Of a DNA stretch of 64,000 nt, positions 39,467 to 47,983 are shown in pieces (position 1 is the stretch's first letter; the number at the start of each line of letters is the position of its first letter). The position numbers and the translations under genes were made by a program. The notes under the pieces were generated by a model, which made no database searches, had not been told where the DNA came from, and saw nothing but the letters and a program-made list of their open reading frames with translations. This stretch comes from an uncultured Actinomycetota bacterium (lineage in GTDB: Bacteria; Actinomycetota; Actinomycetes; CAVWCF01). The stretch lies in assembly GCA_963753435.1 (NCBI GenBank), contig CAVWCF010000001.1, forward strand, positions 1,344,001 to 1,408,000, in the 5' to 3' direction.

Positions 39467-40009
39467 ATGCGCATCTCGACCCGAGTGGCCGCGCTCACCG
39501 CCGCCACCGCCCTCACCCTCGGCGGTGTGGCTCTCGCCGCCCCCGCCGCCACCGCAGCTGAGCCCAAGGGCAAGGCAAAGGGCTACACATCTGTCGTTCT
39601 GGACGCCACCGCAGCCGGAGCCATCCTCGGCCCGCTGGGCGGCGGTCTGCTGACCCCCGGTGCGATCGACCTCGGCGCCGGCTCCGTCGGGTTCCCGATC
39701 GTGGGCAACTCCAAGGGCGGCGTCATCAAGCACGTCGGCGGCCTGTCGTTCTCCGGCGCCAACACCGTGGAGATCCGCAACTTCTACATCGACACCAACG
39801 AGCTCGGCCCGGACGGCGGGGCCCTGTCCGCAGAGGTGTTCGTGAACGGCGACTCCCTCGGGCGCGCACCCGTGTTCAACGTCTCCGAAACCCTTGAGGT
39901 CACGTTGACCGACTTCGCCGCCGGCGCGCTGAGCGCCCTCGTTCTGGACTCCCCCGGGGCCATCCCCGGCGGCTTCCTGATCGGCCAGGCGGCTGTGAAC
40001 GCTCGCTGA
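39467..40009 (+). CDS. Secreted beta-rich hypothetical protein
   Basis: AGGAG RBS; signal peptide; FPIVG..G.IKHVGGL..NFYID motif; followed by a terminator. Confidence 0.75.
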   Translation: MRISTRVAALTAATALTLGGVALAAPAATAAEPKGKAKGYTSVVLDATAAGAILGPLGGGLLTPGAIDLGAGSVGFPIVGNSKGGVIKHVGGLSFSGANTVEIRNFYIDTNELGPDGGALSAEVFVNGDSLGRAPVFNVSETLEVTLTDFAAGALSALVLDSPGAIPGGFLIGQAAVNAR

Positions 40010-40019
40010 CCCAACCCGC

Positions 40020-40064
40020 AACCGGATCCCTCGCGCGCCCCAGCGCGGGGGATCCGGTTCTTTT
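40020..40064 (+). terminator. Intrinsic terminator
   Basis: AACCGGATCCCTCGCGC / GCGCGGGGGATCCGGTT followed by CTTTT. Confidence 0.8.
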
Positions 40065-40074
40065 CGCGGACCGA

Positions 40075-40939
40075 CTACTTCAGCAGCCGGGACAGCCGCC
40101 GGTCGGCCAACCGCTTGCCGCCGGTCTGACAAGTCGCGCAGTACTGCAATGCGGAGTCCGCGAAGGACACCTCACGCACCTGGTCCCCACACGCCGGGCA
40201 GTCGTGTCCGGTGCGTCCGTGCACACGCATACCCATCCGCTTACCGTCCTTCAGTTGGGCGGCCTCCAGCCCGCGGGCGGCCTCGACTGCGCCCAACAGC
40301 ACGTCCCGCAGGGCCCCGATAGAGGACCTGGGACTCGTCTGAAGACAGGCCGCCGGCGGGCTTGAACGGCGACATGCGCGCCGCATGCAGAACCTCGTCG
40401 CTGTAGGCGTTACCCACCCCCGCGATCAGGCCCTGATCGCGGAGCAATCCCTTCAGTTGCTTCCGCGGATGGGCCTGCAAGATGGCGTCGAAGGCCACCT
40501 GATCGAACTCGTCGGCCAGTGGGTCGGGCCCGAGCCGGGCCACGCCCGGCACGTCGGCGGGGTTCAGCACCACGCTCACTGACAGGCGCTTCTGGGTGCC
40601 CGCTTCCGTGACGTCGAAGCCGCTGCCGTCGTCCAGGCGCACCCTTAGCGCCAGCGGGCCCTTTCCCGGCTTGGCCGGGGTCTGGGGCAGTTGTTCGCTC
40701 CAGCGGATCCACCCACCGCGGGCGAGGTGGATCACCAGATGCACGCCGTCGGCATCCAAGTCCAGGAACTTGCCGTGCCGCCGGACGCCGTTGATCGCCA
40801 GGCCAGCCATCGCCGTCACCGGCGGGTCGAAGGTCTTGAGCGCATTGATGGCGGCCACCTCCACGCCGGCCACGTGCCGGCCGCGGCAGCGGTCGGTCAG
40901 GAACTCCGCCAGCGCCTGCACCTCGGGTAGTTCGGGCAC
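40075..40939 (-). pseudogene. Fpg/Nei-family DNA glycosylase split by a one-base insertion (pseudogene or sequencing error)
   Basis: PELPEV N-terminus and H2TH GVGNAYSDE in one frame; zinc finger CPAC..YCATCQ in another; extra base in the C4 run at 40314-40317. Confidence 0.8.
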
Positions 40940-41003
40940 TGCTGGAGTCTCGCACCGTTACTCCATTCGGGTGAACGGGCCGTTCGGGGGCGCCGTGTCG
41001 GTT

Positions 41004-41030
41004 TCAAGTGCTCCGCGGGCGGGCCGAAAC
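41004..41030 (+). promoter_or_regulatory. Sigma-28 (FliA/WhiG)-like promoter
   Basis: TCAA-N15-GCCGAAAC, ending 7 nt before GTG 41038. Confidence 0.55.
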
Positions 41031-41037
41031 CGGGAAG

Positions 41038-41880
41038 GTGAACCGACTCCTCCGCGCCATCGCCGTGACCCTCGCCCTGCTGCTTTCGGGGGGAGGCCTG
41101 GCCGTCGTGGCTGCGACGGCACCGGCGCAGGCGGGCACGTCGTTCTACAGCCTGATCAACTCCGCTCGCGCCGCGAAGGGACTGCCGGGGCTGAAGTCGG
41201 ACAGTTCGCTGGCAGCGGTCGCGCTGGCGCACAGCAAGAAGATGGCCAGCTCCGGCAAGCTGTACCACAACCCATCGCTGGGATCGCAGGTCTCCGGCTA
41301 CAAGCTGCTGGGCGAGAACGTCGGATACGGACCGAATGAGTCCACCATCCACAAGGCGTTCATGAACTCCTCCGGTCACCGCGCCAACATTCTGAACAGC
41401 AAGTACACCCAGGTGGGTGTGGGCGTGGTTGCGGACAGCAACGGCCGGCTGTGGGTGACGGAGGTCTTCCGCCAGCCGACGACCGCGGCGAAGGCGGCAC
41501 CCGCGCCAGCACCCAAGCCCACGAAGAAGGCCGCACCGGCGCCAGCGCCGAAGCCGACGAAGAAGGCGGCACCGGCGCCCAAGCCCACCAAGAAGGCGGC
41601 ACCGGCGCCCAAGCCAAGCCCCAAGCCGACGAAGAAGGCGGCCCCGGCGCCAGCACCCAAGCCCACCCCGACTCCAACGCCCACGCCGACACCCACGCCG
41701 ACACCGACCAAGGTGGGCCCGGTGGCCGCGCAGGTGAACGCCGAAGCCTGGTTCGCTGGGAACGCGCCCACGGAGATCAAGCCGATCGAGCGGCCAAGCC
41801 AGCCCTCTCCCGGCGTCGTGCTCGCCGCCTTCGGGGCCGCTGTGCTGGCCGGGCTGGGTCTGCGTCTGCCGCTGGGCTGA
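41038..41880 (+). CDS. CAP/SCP-domain surface protein with Pro/Lys/Ala-rich stalk and C-terminal hydrophobic anchor
   Basis: Signal peptide; [24 protein letters not shown] and QVGVGV; repeats of [10 protein letters not shown] and PT. Confidence 0.88.
   Translation: MNRLLRAIAVTLALLLSGGGLAVVAATAPAQAGTSFYSLINSARAAKGLPGLKSDSSLAAVALAHSKKMASSGKLYHNPSLGSQVSGYKLLGENVGYGPNESTIHKAFMNSSGHRANILNSKYTQVGVGVVADSNGRLWVTEVFRQPTTAAKAAPAPAPKPTKKAAPAPAPKPTKKAAPAPKPTKKAAPAPKPSPKPTKKAAPAPAPKPTPTPTPTPTPTPTPTKVGPVAAQVNAEAWFAGNAPTEIKPIERPSQPSPGVVLAAFGAAVLAGLGLRLPLG
41490..41712 (+). repeat. Coding tandem repeats (about 5x KAAPAP(AP)KP, then PT repeats)
   Basis: Repeated AAGAAGGCGGCACCGGCGCC-like units. Confidence 0.85.
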
Positions 41881-41929
41881 TCCGCCAGTTCCGCCTACGA
41901 CCACCGACGTCAATGGGCAAGATGCCCGC

Positions 41930-42763
41930 ATGACGCAGGTCCTGCGCTACGCGGCGTTCACTGACGACCCGGCCGGCGGCAACCCGGCCGGAGTGGTGCT
42001 GGACGCAGATCTGACCGACGCAGCCAGGATGCAGCGCATCGCCGCTGAGGTCGGCTTCTCCGAGACCGCGTTCGTTCGCCGCAACGACGCCGAATCGGTG
42101 ACGGTGCGGTACTTCGCGCCCGCAACCGAGGTGCCGTTCTGCGGACACGCCACCATCGCGGCCGCGGTGGCGCTGGCCGAACGCGAGGGCCCGGGCAGCA
42201 TCCGCTTCGACACCCCGGCCGGTTCGGTGCCGGTAGAAACGAGTTCGGCGTCCGGGCGAATGCTGGCAACGCTGGTATCCGTGGAACCCGACGTAACCGA
42301 GGTGGCCGAGGCAGTCGCGTCCGCGGCACTTGCCGCGCTCGGCTGGCACCGCGACGACCTGAATCCGGAGTTGCCGATCCGGTCGGCGTACGCCGGGGCG
42401 GAGCACCTAGTCCTGGTCGCGCGCACCCGACAGCGGTTGGCGCACCTGGATTACGACGTCGATGCGCTGCGCGCGCTGATGCTGGCTCACAACTGGACCA
42501 CAGTGCACCTGGCCTGGCCGCAGAACGCGGACCTGCACCATGTGCGCAACCCGTTCCCGGTTGGTGGCGTGTACGAGGACCCGGCTACCGGCGCGGCGGC
42601 GGCCGCTTACGGCGCCTACCTCCGCGACCTTGGCGCGGTACCGAACGACGCCACCGTCACTTTGCTGCAGGGTGAGGACATGGGCCGACCCAGCCGGCTT
42701 GAGGTCCAACTGGTCGCCGACGACGCCCGGGTGCGGGTCAGTGGCGGAGCAGTCGAACTCTGA
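41930..42763 (+). CDS. PhzF-family isomerase
   Basis: AFT...GGNPAGV, FSETAF, EVPFCGHAT, EDPATGAA and QG..MGRPS. Confidence 0.92.
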   Translation: MTQVLRYAAFTDDPAGGNPAGVVLDADLTDAARMQRIAAEVGFSETAFVRRNDAESVTVRYFAPATEVPFCGHATIAAAVALAEREGPGSIRFDTPAGSVPVETSSASGRMLATLVSVEPDVTEVAEAVASAALAALGWHRDDLNPELPIRSAYAGAEHLVLVARTRQRLAHLDYDVDALRALMLAHNWTTVHLAWPQNADLHHVRNPFPVGGVYEDPATGAAAAAYGAYLRDLGAVPNDATVTLLQGEDMGRPSRLEVQLVADDARVRVSGGAVEL

Positions 42764-42771
42764 GTCGCTCG

Positions 42772-42942
42772 CTACTCCTTGCTGGGCAGCACCGCGATGA
42801 CGATCAGGCCGATGAGCGGCAGCACGAACCCCAGCAGGCCGTAGCCGAGCCGGCTGCGGTTCTTCCGCGCGGCGATCGCGGCACAGATGAGCCCGAAGAC
42901 CGCCGCGACCACGAGGGCGACCAATAGCACCCAGACGTCCAT
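42772..42942 (-). CDS. 56-aa two-TM small membrane protein (not in the ORF track)
   Basis: MDVWVLLVALVVAAVFGLICAAIAARKNRSRLGYGLLGFVLPLIGLIVIAVLPSKE; AGGAGG RBS. Confidence 0.8.
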   Translation of the reverse strand: MDVWVLLVALVVAAVFGLICAAIAARKNRSRLGYGLLGFVLPLIGLIVIAVLPSKE

Positions 42943-42982
42943 CACATTCCTCCTGTTGTGCTGGTCCGGCTACGCTTCCCGC

Positions 42983-43645
42983 ATGAGTGCCGTGATGCCC
43001 CTGGCTGCTGGCCGCGGGACCACGCGCGAGCGCATTGTGTCGCAGTTGCGTGATCAGATCGTGGACGGCTCGCTGTCTCCGGGGTTCCCGCTGCGCACCG
43101 AGGAGTTCATGAAGCGGCTGGGAGTGTCCAGTTCTCCGCTGCGTGAGGCGTTCGTGCAGTTGGAGGCCGAGGGCCTGGTCACGGTGAGCCCGAACCGGGG
43201 CGCATCGGTCACCACACTCACACAACGCGACGCGTCGGACCTGCTGCAAGTGACCGCGCTGCTGTGGGACGCCGTTGCCCGCTGGACGGTGCCGGTTCTC
43301 GATACCGACCAGGTCACCAAATTGCGCAGAGCAGCAGGGAACTTCGCCCTGGCGTTGCGCAGCGGGGACGTCCGGGGCGCGGTGCTTGAGGCCGAGAGGT
43401 TCCAGTCCGAACTGCTGCTTGCTTGCTGGAGCACTGAGCTCGTTCGGTCGGTGCAGGCGATCCGCTCCCGCCAGCAGCGCGTGCTGCGGGCGCTGGCGAC
43501 GCCGGAGACCCTGGACCCCATCATCGATTTCCATGAAGCCGTTCTGGTCCACGCCGGCGAATCGAGCGCCGAGGCCGCCTGCGAGGCCCTGCGCGAGGTG
43601 TGGCGCGTGCAGCAAGCCGCATTGGGAGTTCTGCCAGCACAGTGA
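42983..43645 (+). CDS. GntR-family (FCD) regulator
   Basis: LRDQIVDG.L.PG, LGVSSSPLREA..QLEAEGLV and NRGA.V. Confidence 0.88.
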   Translation: MSAVMPLAAGRGTTRERIVSQLRDQIVDGSLSPGFPLRTEEFMKRLGVSSSPLREAFVQLEAEGLVTVSPNRGASVTTLTQRDASDLLQVTALLWDAVARWTVPVLDTDQVTKLRRAAGNFALALRSGDVRGAVLEAERFQSELLLACWSTELVRSVQAIRSRQQRVLRALATPETLDPIIDFHEAVLVHAGESSAEAACEALREVWRVQQAALGVLPAQ

Positions 43646-44115
43646 CTGTGCAAGGACGCCTTCCCCAGACGGCTGAGTCAGCCGCGGAACGAAGGCGCGC
43701 CCGACAGCGATCGGCTGCGATGCGCCAACGTGCCGGCGCCTGGAACCGTCGGCTGGGCTGGATCCTGCTCCCGATCGTCCTGACCGCGGTCACCATGCAC
43801 TACCTGGGCGCCCAGACCGGAACTGCCAACACCGTCGTCCTGGTACTGCAGTTCACCTTTGTGCCGCTGTGGGCTGTGCACACCGCGCTCAGCGTCTACG
43901 TGTTCGGTTGGGTGCGACCCGCCTTGACCTTGCGGGTATTCCACATCTGGTTCGGGTACGCATACATCGGGTTGGTGCTGCTGTCGCAGACCACCTTCGG
44001 GGTTGAACCGCTGCACGCGATCGCGACGGTTGCGATGTTCGCCGCCCTCGCCACCCACGTCGGAATCGGTATCTACTACGCCCGCTGGCGGCGGCGCGGA
44101 GTGCTCCTGCCGTAG
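43642..44115 (+). CDS. Four-TM His-containing membrane protein
   Basis: GTGA overlap with the GntR gene; hydrophobic helices carrying five His. Confidence 0.6.
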   Translation: MTVQGRLPQTAESAAERRRARQRSAAMRQRAGAWNRRLGWILLPIVLTAVTMHYLGAQTGTANTVVLVLQFTFVPLWAVHTALSVYVFGWVRPALTLRVFHIWFGYAYIGLVLLSQTTFGVEPLHAIATVAMFAALATHVGIGIYYARWRRRGVLLP

Positions 44116-44120
44116 GCCGC

Positions 44121-44136
44121 GTTACCGAATCGTTAC
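44121..44136 (+). promoter_or_regulatory. MtrA/GlnR-type direct repeat
   Basis: GTTAC-N6-GTTAC upstream of the FG-GAP gene. Confidence 0.5.
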
Positions 44137-44228
44137 CAAAACTGGGTTGTTGTGCCCAATCTTGTACGCAAACCTAATCCGAACCCGGCGCGAACTGCGC
44201 ACAGCCCATGACTCCTGGAGCCCACTTC

Positions 44229-45728
44229 ATGAATCGCTACCTTCGAACCGGCCTAGCCGCCGGGGCAGCCGTGCTGCTGCCCATCGGCTTCGTCGGCGTG
44301 GCCGATGCGGCCACCGACCCAGTCTTTGATCTCACCCTCGTCGATGCCGCACTGCCCGGCGCCGCCTTCATCGTGAACGGCAACGTCAATGGCGACGTGC
44401 GGCCCGAACTAGTTGCCACCGCCTTCGGTCCGTACGCCGGTCCGGCGCCGGCCGGAGCGGGGACCGTCACGCTCTACAACAACACCGCCAAGAACAAGCA
44501 GGGCGGCGACATCGACAGCTGGGCGCCGACCACGATCGTTCCGCAGAGCGCGGGCATCTACGGCCCCAACCAGCCCACGCTTTCCGACGTCGACGGTGAC
44601 GGCGACGTGGATGTCATCCTGCCGGGCGGCAACTTCTTCAAGTCCACGTTCTCGACGCTCGGCCCGCCGTTCAGCAATGTGGGCAGCGGCACCCTCTCCT
44701 GGTGGGAGAACCGCGCCAACGGCAGCACCTGGATCGGCCATGACATCGTCGCCGACAGCACCTTCACCGGTCCGTCGACGGCGCCGTTCGACCCGGATGG
44801 TCCCGGCCCCGCGCCCGCCATTCCCGGTACGACGCAGCGGAACTACTCCTACCACGGCGTGGAGCACGTTGACTTCGACGGCGACGGCATCAAGGACCTC
44901 GTTACCGTCGGCGAGGACGGCGGGAACCCGTCCGACGCAACCGACGACCTCACGCAGTTGCAGTACCTGCCCGGCCTCGGCGGCGGCAACTTCGGTGCGC
45001 CGGTCGACCTCGGTCCCGGTGGCGGCAGCCTCCCGGTCGTGGACGACGTGAACGGCGACGGCGACTTGGATGTCGTCTCTGCGCAGTTCTTCGGCGCGGT
45101 TCAAGGTCAGCCGTTCATCCCGCCGTTCGCACGTACCCCAGCGAGTTCGTCGTACGTGTGGTTCGACCGGACCGGTACCGCGGCCGACGGTCTGGACGCG
45201 TCTGACTTCACCCCGCGCATCATCGGAGCCGCCCAGGGCCCCGGCTTCTCCATCCAGAAGGTGGAGAACCTCCGCGGCGATGGCATCGACAGGTGGGTCG
45301 CGACCAACCACACCAACGACAAGGTTCCGTTCCCGCCGTTCAGCCTCCAGCCGAAGCCGAACGTGTACGAGTTCACGCCTGGAGCCAACCCGACCCAGCC
45401 GTGGAGCGTCGTCCAGCTGACGCAGGACGGTGACATCTCCATCACCGGCCCGCCGCCGTCGAACCCGGGCCAGGCCGCACCTGGCGTCACTTCCCCTGGC
45501 GACCTGGACGGCGATGGCGACATCGACCTGGCAGTGTCTGGGGACGGTGACCGTCAGGTGTTCTGGCTGGAGCAGGTGAGCCCCGGGTCCTTCGAGTTGA
45601 ACCAACTGCCCGGAGGCACTGGATGGGGTCAGGCTGGCGCGACCGCGGGCGACCTCAACCGGGACGGCGTCGCCGAGATGGCGTTCGCCTCCTTCGACAA
45701 GAGCCAGGTAGGTATCTGGCAGAGCTAG
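44229..45728 (+). CDS. Secreted FG-GAP/VCBS repeat beta-propeller protein
   Basis: Signal peptide; about seven DxDGDG-type Ca-binding motifs. Confidence 0.85.
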   Translation: MNRYLRTGLAAGAAVLLPIGFVGVADAATDPVFDLTLVDAALPGAAFIVNGNVNGDVRPELVATAFGPYAGPAPAGAGTVTLYNNTAKNKQGGDIDSWAPTTIVPQSAGIYGPNQPTLSDVDGDGDVDVILPGGNFFKSTFSTLGPPFSNVGSGTLSWWENRANGSTWIGHDIVADSTFTGPSTAPFDPDGPGPAPAIPGTTQRNYSYHGVEHVDFDGDGIKDLVTVGEDGGNPSDATDDLTQLQYLPGLGGGNFGAPVDLGPGGGSLPVVDDVNGDGDLDVVSAQFFGAVQGQPFIPPFARTPASSSYVWFDRTGTAADGLDASDFTPRIIGAAQGPGFSIQKVENLRGDGIDRWVATNHTNDKVPFPPFSLQPKPNVYEFTPGANPTQPWSVVQLTQDGDISITGPPPSNPGQAAPGVTSPGDLDGDGDIDLAVSGDGDRQVFWLEQVSPGSFELNQLPGGTGWGQAGATAGDLNRDGVAEMAFASFDKSQVGIWQS

Positions 45729-45745
45729 TCACGTAACCAGAGGGA

Positions 45746-45783
45746 AGAGTTGGGGCCCGGCCTTACGGCCGGGCCCCAACTCT
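45746..45783. terminator. Hairpin terminator between convergent genes
   Basis: Perfect 17-bp stem AGAGTTGGGGCCCGGCC-TTAC-GGCCGGGCCCCAACTCT. Confidence 0.8.
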
Positions 45784-45817
45784 GTTCCGTAGACCGAGAT
45801 TGCGGTCAAAGCGGCAG

Positions 45818-46330
45818 TCAGATGAAGAGCAACTGCGCGCCTTCAGTCATCTCGATGAAGTCCGACGCGGAGATGATCGCCTCGACTCCCTCGTACAGGT
45901 CGTCCTTGCCCAGGTGGTTCATGTCCGCGGACATCTTGCAGGCCCATAGGCGGCCACCGGAAGCGCTGATCTGATCGAGGAAGTCCGGGACCTCCGGAAC
46001 GTCGAGCTCGGCGATCGACTTCTTCAACTTGTTCGTGGCCATCGCGGTGACGCCGGGCAGTCCGCCCATCCCTTGGGGCATGTGCGTGGCGGGGTTGCCC
46101 AGGGGCGTGAACTTGAGGTGCCCCATCGTTTCCTTGTTGATGATCTCGAAACCCCAGAAGGTGAAGAAGAGGTGCACCTCAACACCTTCACCGAGTGCGG
46201 CGTTGGCGAGGATCAGGCCCGGGTAGGCCATGTCCAGGCTGCCCTTGGAGCAGATGATCGCCAGCTTGCGCTGACCGCCTTCTTCGTCGTCGAAGGCCGG
46301 TACTAGCGGGGCTGTTGATGTGGTGGTCAT
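45818..46330 (-). CDS. DsrE2/DsrH-like (DsrE/F family) sulfurtransferase
   Basis: SKGSLDMAYP, LFFTFWG and WACKMSAD. Confidence 0.88.
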   Translation of the reverse strand: MTTTSTAPLVPAFDDEEGGQRKLAIICSKGSLDMAYPGLILANAALGEGVEVHLFFTFWGFEIINKETMGHLKFTPLGNPATHMPQGMGGLPGVTAMATNKLKKSIAELDVPEVPDFLDQISASGGRLWACKMSADMNHLGKDDLYEGVEAIISASDFIEMTEGAQLLFI

Positions 46331-46342
46331 TTCAATCTCCAA

Positions 46343-46657
46343 TCAGACGCAGCCGACAGGCTTGGGTAGCCCGGCTACGTACGCCATCTTCTTGGCCGGC
46401 TTCTTCGGGAACAGGGTGAACAACTCCTTGGTCGGAATGCCGCCGACTGTGGAGACCCGGCGCAGCGTGGGCGTCTCGCCCTCGGCCTTGAAGTCCTCGC
46501 GCAGGAAGCGGATCGCCTTCCAGTGCTCATCGGTCATCTCGATACCGATCAGCGTGGCCAACTCCTTGCCGAGCGTCTCATCCCACTCGTCGTAGTTGGT
46601 CATGAAACCCTCGTCGTCGACCTGAACGTCGCGACCGGCGATGGTTGTGGTGGTCAT
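46343..46657 (-). CDS. tusE: TusE/DsrC-family sulfur carrier with a single C-terminal Cys
   Basis: DDEGFM, MTDEHW..IRFLR and LFP.KP....YVAGLPKPVGCV. Confidence 0.9.
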   Translation of the reverse strand: MTTTTIAGRDVQVDDEGFMTNYDEWDETLGKELATLIGIEMTDEHWKAIRFLREDFKAEGETPTLRRVSTVGGIPTKELFTLFPKKPAKKMAYVAGLPKPVGCV

Positions 46658-46695
46658 GAACTCATTCCTCTCTTCGTGCGCCTGAGGTTGTGCAT

Positions 46696-47934
46696 CTACG
46701 CAGCGGATTCGTCTTTGCCGGCCATGCTCATGGCCGCGGGCACTGGCATGGGGCGACCCGGCAGCAGCACGTTCCAGTACATCCAGCGGAACGCCAACTT
46801 GCCCCAGTGGTTCTGCCGTGTCTCCTTGAGCAGGCTGAACGGGCCGACCCCCGGCACCGGGTACTTGCCCGGCAACGGCTGGGTGTCGTAGTTGAAGTCG
46901 ATCAGCAGGGCCTTGCCCTGGCCTGACTCGATGAAGCAGTTGGCGTGCCCGTCGAACAACTCCGTCATCGGGCGGCCGGCAATGTGCTCGACGAAGTTGT
47001 CGGCGAACATGTCGACGGCGAAGTGGGCCACCGAACCAGCCTTCGACGTCGGCAGGTCAGCGGCGTCACCAAGGGCGAAGACGTTGTCGTACTTCTTCGA
47101 AAGCATGGTGTGTTTGTCGACAGCGACGTAGTTCAACTCGTTGCCGAGACCACTACGGGCGATGAAGTCCGCTCCCATGTTCAGCGGCACGGTGACCAGC
47201 AGATCGAACGGCACCTCGCGCTCGTCCATGGAGACGATCTGCTTCTTCTCGTTGTCGACGGTGTCGATGTAGAAGTCCGGCTCCAGGGCGATCCCCCGCG
47301 ACTGCAGCATGTCGCCGAGATGCTTGGAGGCAACCGGCTTGGTGAAAGCGCCGTCCAGCGGCGTCACGTAGGTGATGTCAACCCGGTCCCGGATCCCACG
47401 CTGCTTGAAGTAGTCGTCGGCCAGGAAGGTGAACTCCAGCGGAGCCACCGGGCACTTGATCGGCATCTCAGTGATGTGCACGACCAAGCGGCCGCCGTGG
47501 AAGTCCTTCAGCGTCTGAGCCAGCGCCGTCGCCCCCTCCAGCGTGTAGAACTCATGCACGCTCTTGCGGAACTCCGGCCCATCCATTCCCGGTGTTTGGT
47601 CCGGGCGCGGAGACGACCCGGACGCGATGATCAGGTAGTCGTACTCCAGGGTGTGACCACCCTTGAGATGCACCTGATTGGCATCGGCGTCCACCTTGTC
47701 GATGTCGGCCAATACCAACTTCACCCCGGGGTCGAGCTGCTTGCGCTTGGGCTTGGTTAGGTCCTCGGGTTGGTACCAACCAAACGGAACAAACAGATAC
47801 CCAGGCTGGTAGTAGTGATCCGGGTCGACGTCTACGACCGTGATCTCCCACTCACCCGCGGGTAGTCGGGGACGCAACTTGTTGGCAGCCATCGTGCCTG
47901 CCGTGCCGCCCCCGAGAATTACGAGTCGACTCAT
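46696..47934 (-). CDS. sqr: Sulfide:quinone oxidoreductase-like flavoprotein (type III-like)
   Basis: LGGGTAG, HYYQPG, IKCPVAPLE, FALGDA, TSKAGS and FDGHANCFIE. Confidence 0.85.
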   Translation of the reverse strand: MSRLVILGGGTAGTMAANKLRPRLPAGEWEITVVDVDPDHYYQPGYLFVPFGWYQPEDLTKPKRKQLDPGVKLVLADIDKVDADANQVHLKGGHTLEYDYLIIASGSSPRPDQTPGMDGPEFRKSVHEFYTLEGATALAQTLKDFHGGRLVVHITEMPIKCPVAPLEFTFLADDYFKQRGIRDRVDITYVTPLDGAFTKPVASKHLGDMLQSRGIALEPDFYIDTVDNEKKQIVSMDEREVPFDLLVTVPLNMGADFIARSGLGNELNYVAVDKHTMLSKKYDNVFALGDAADLPTSKAGSVAHFAVDMFADNFVEHIAGRPMTELFDGHANCFIESGQGKALLIDFNYDTQPLPGKYPVPGVGPFSLLKETRQNHWGKLAFRWMYWNVLLPGRPMPVPAAMSMAGKDESAA

Positions 47935-47969
47935 GACTGGCTCCCTTCGCCCACATTGAACGCTGCCGA

Positions 47970-47983
47970 TACCCCAGGGGGTA
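47970..47983. promoter_or_regulatory. CsoR/CstR/RcnR-family operator
   Basis: Perfect palindrome TACCCC-AG-GGGGTA, 36 nt upstream of the sqr start. Confidence 0.7.

Noticed and set aside
41490-41712. Repeats as a CRISPR array or non-coding repeat element
   Set aside because: They are in-frame coding repeats with synonymous variation and no unique spacers. There are no cas genes in the window.
46343-46657. DsrC as evidence of dissimilatory sulfate reduction
   Set aside because: It has only one C-terminal Cys and there is no dsrAB in the window.
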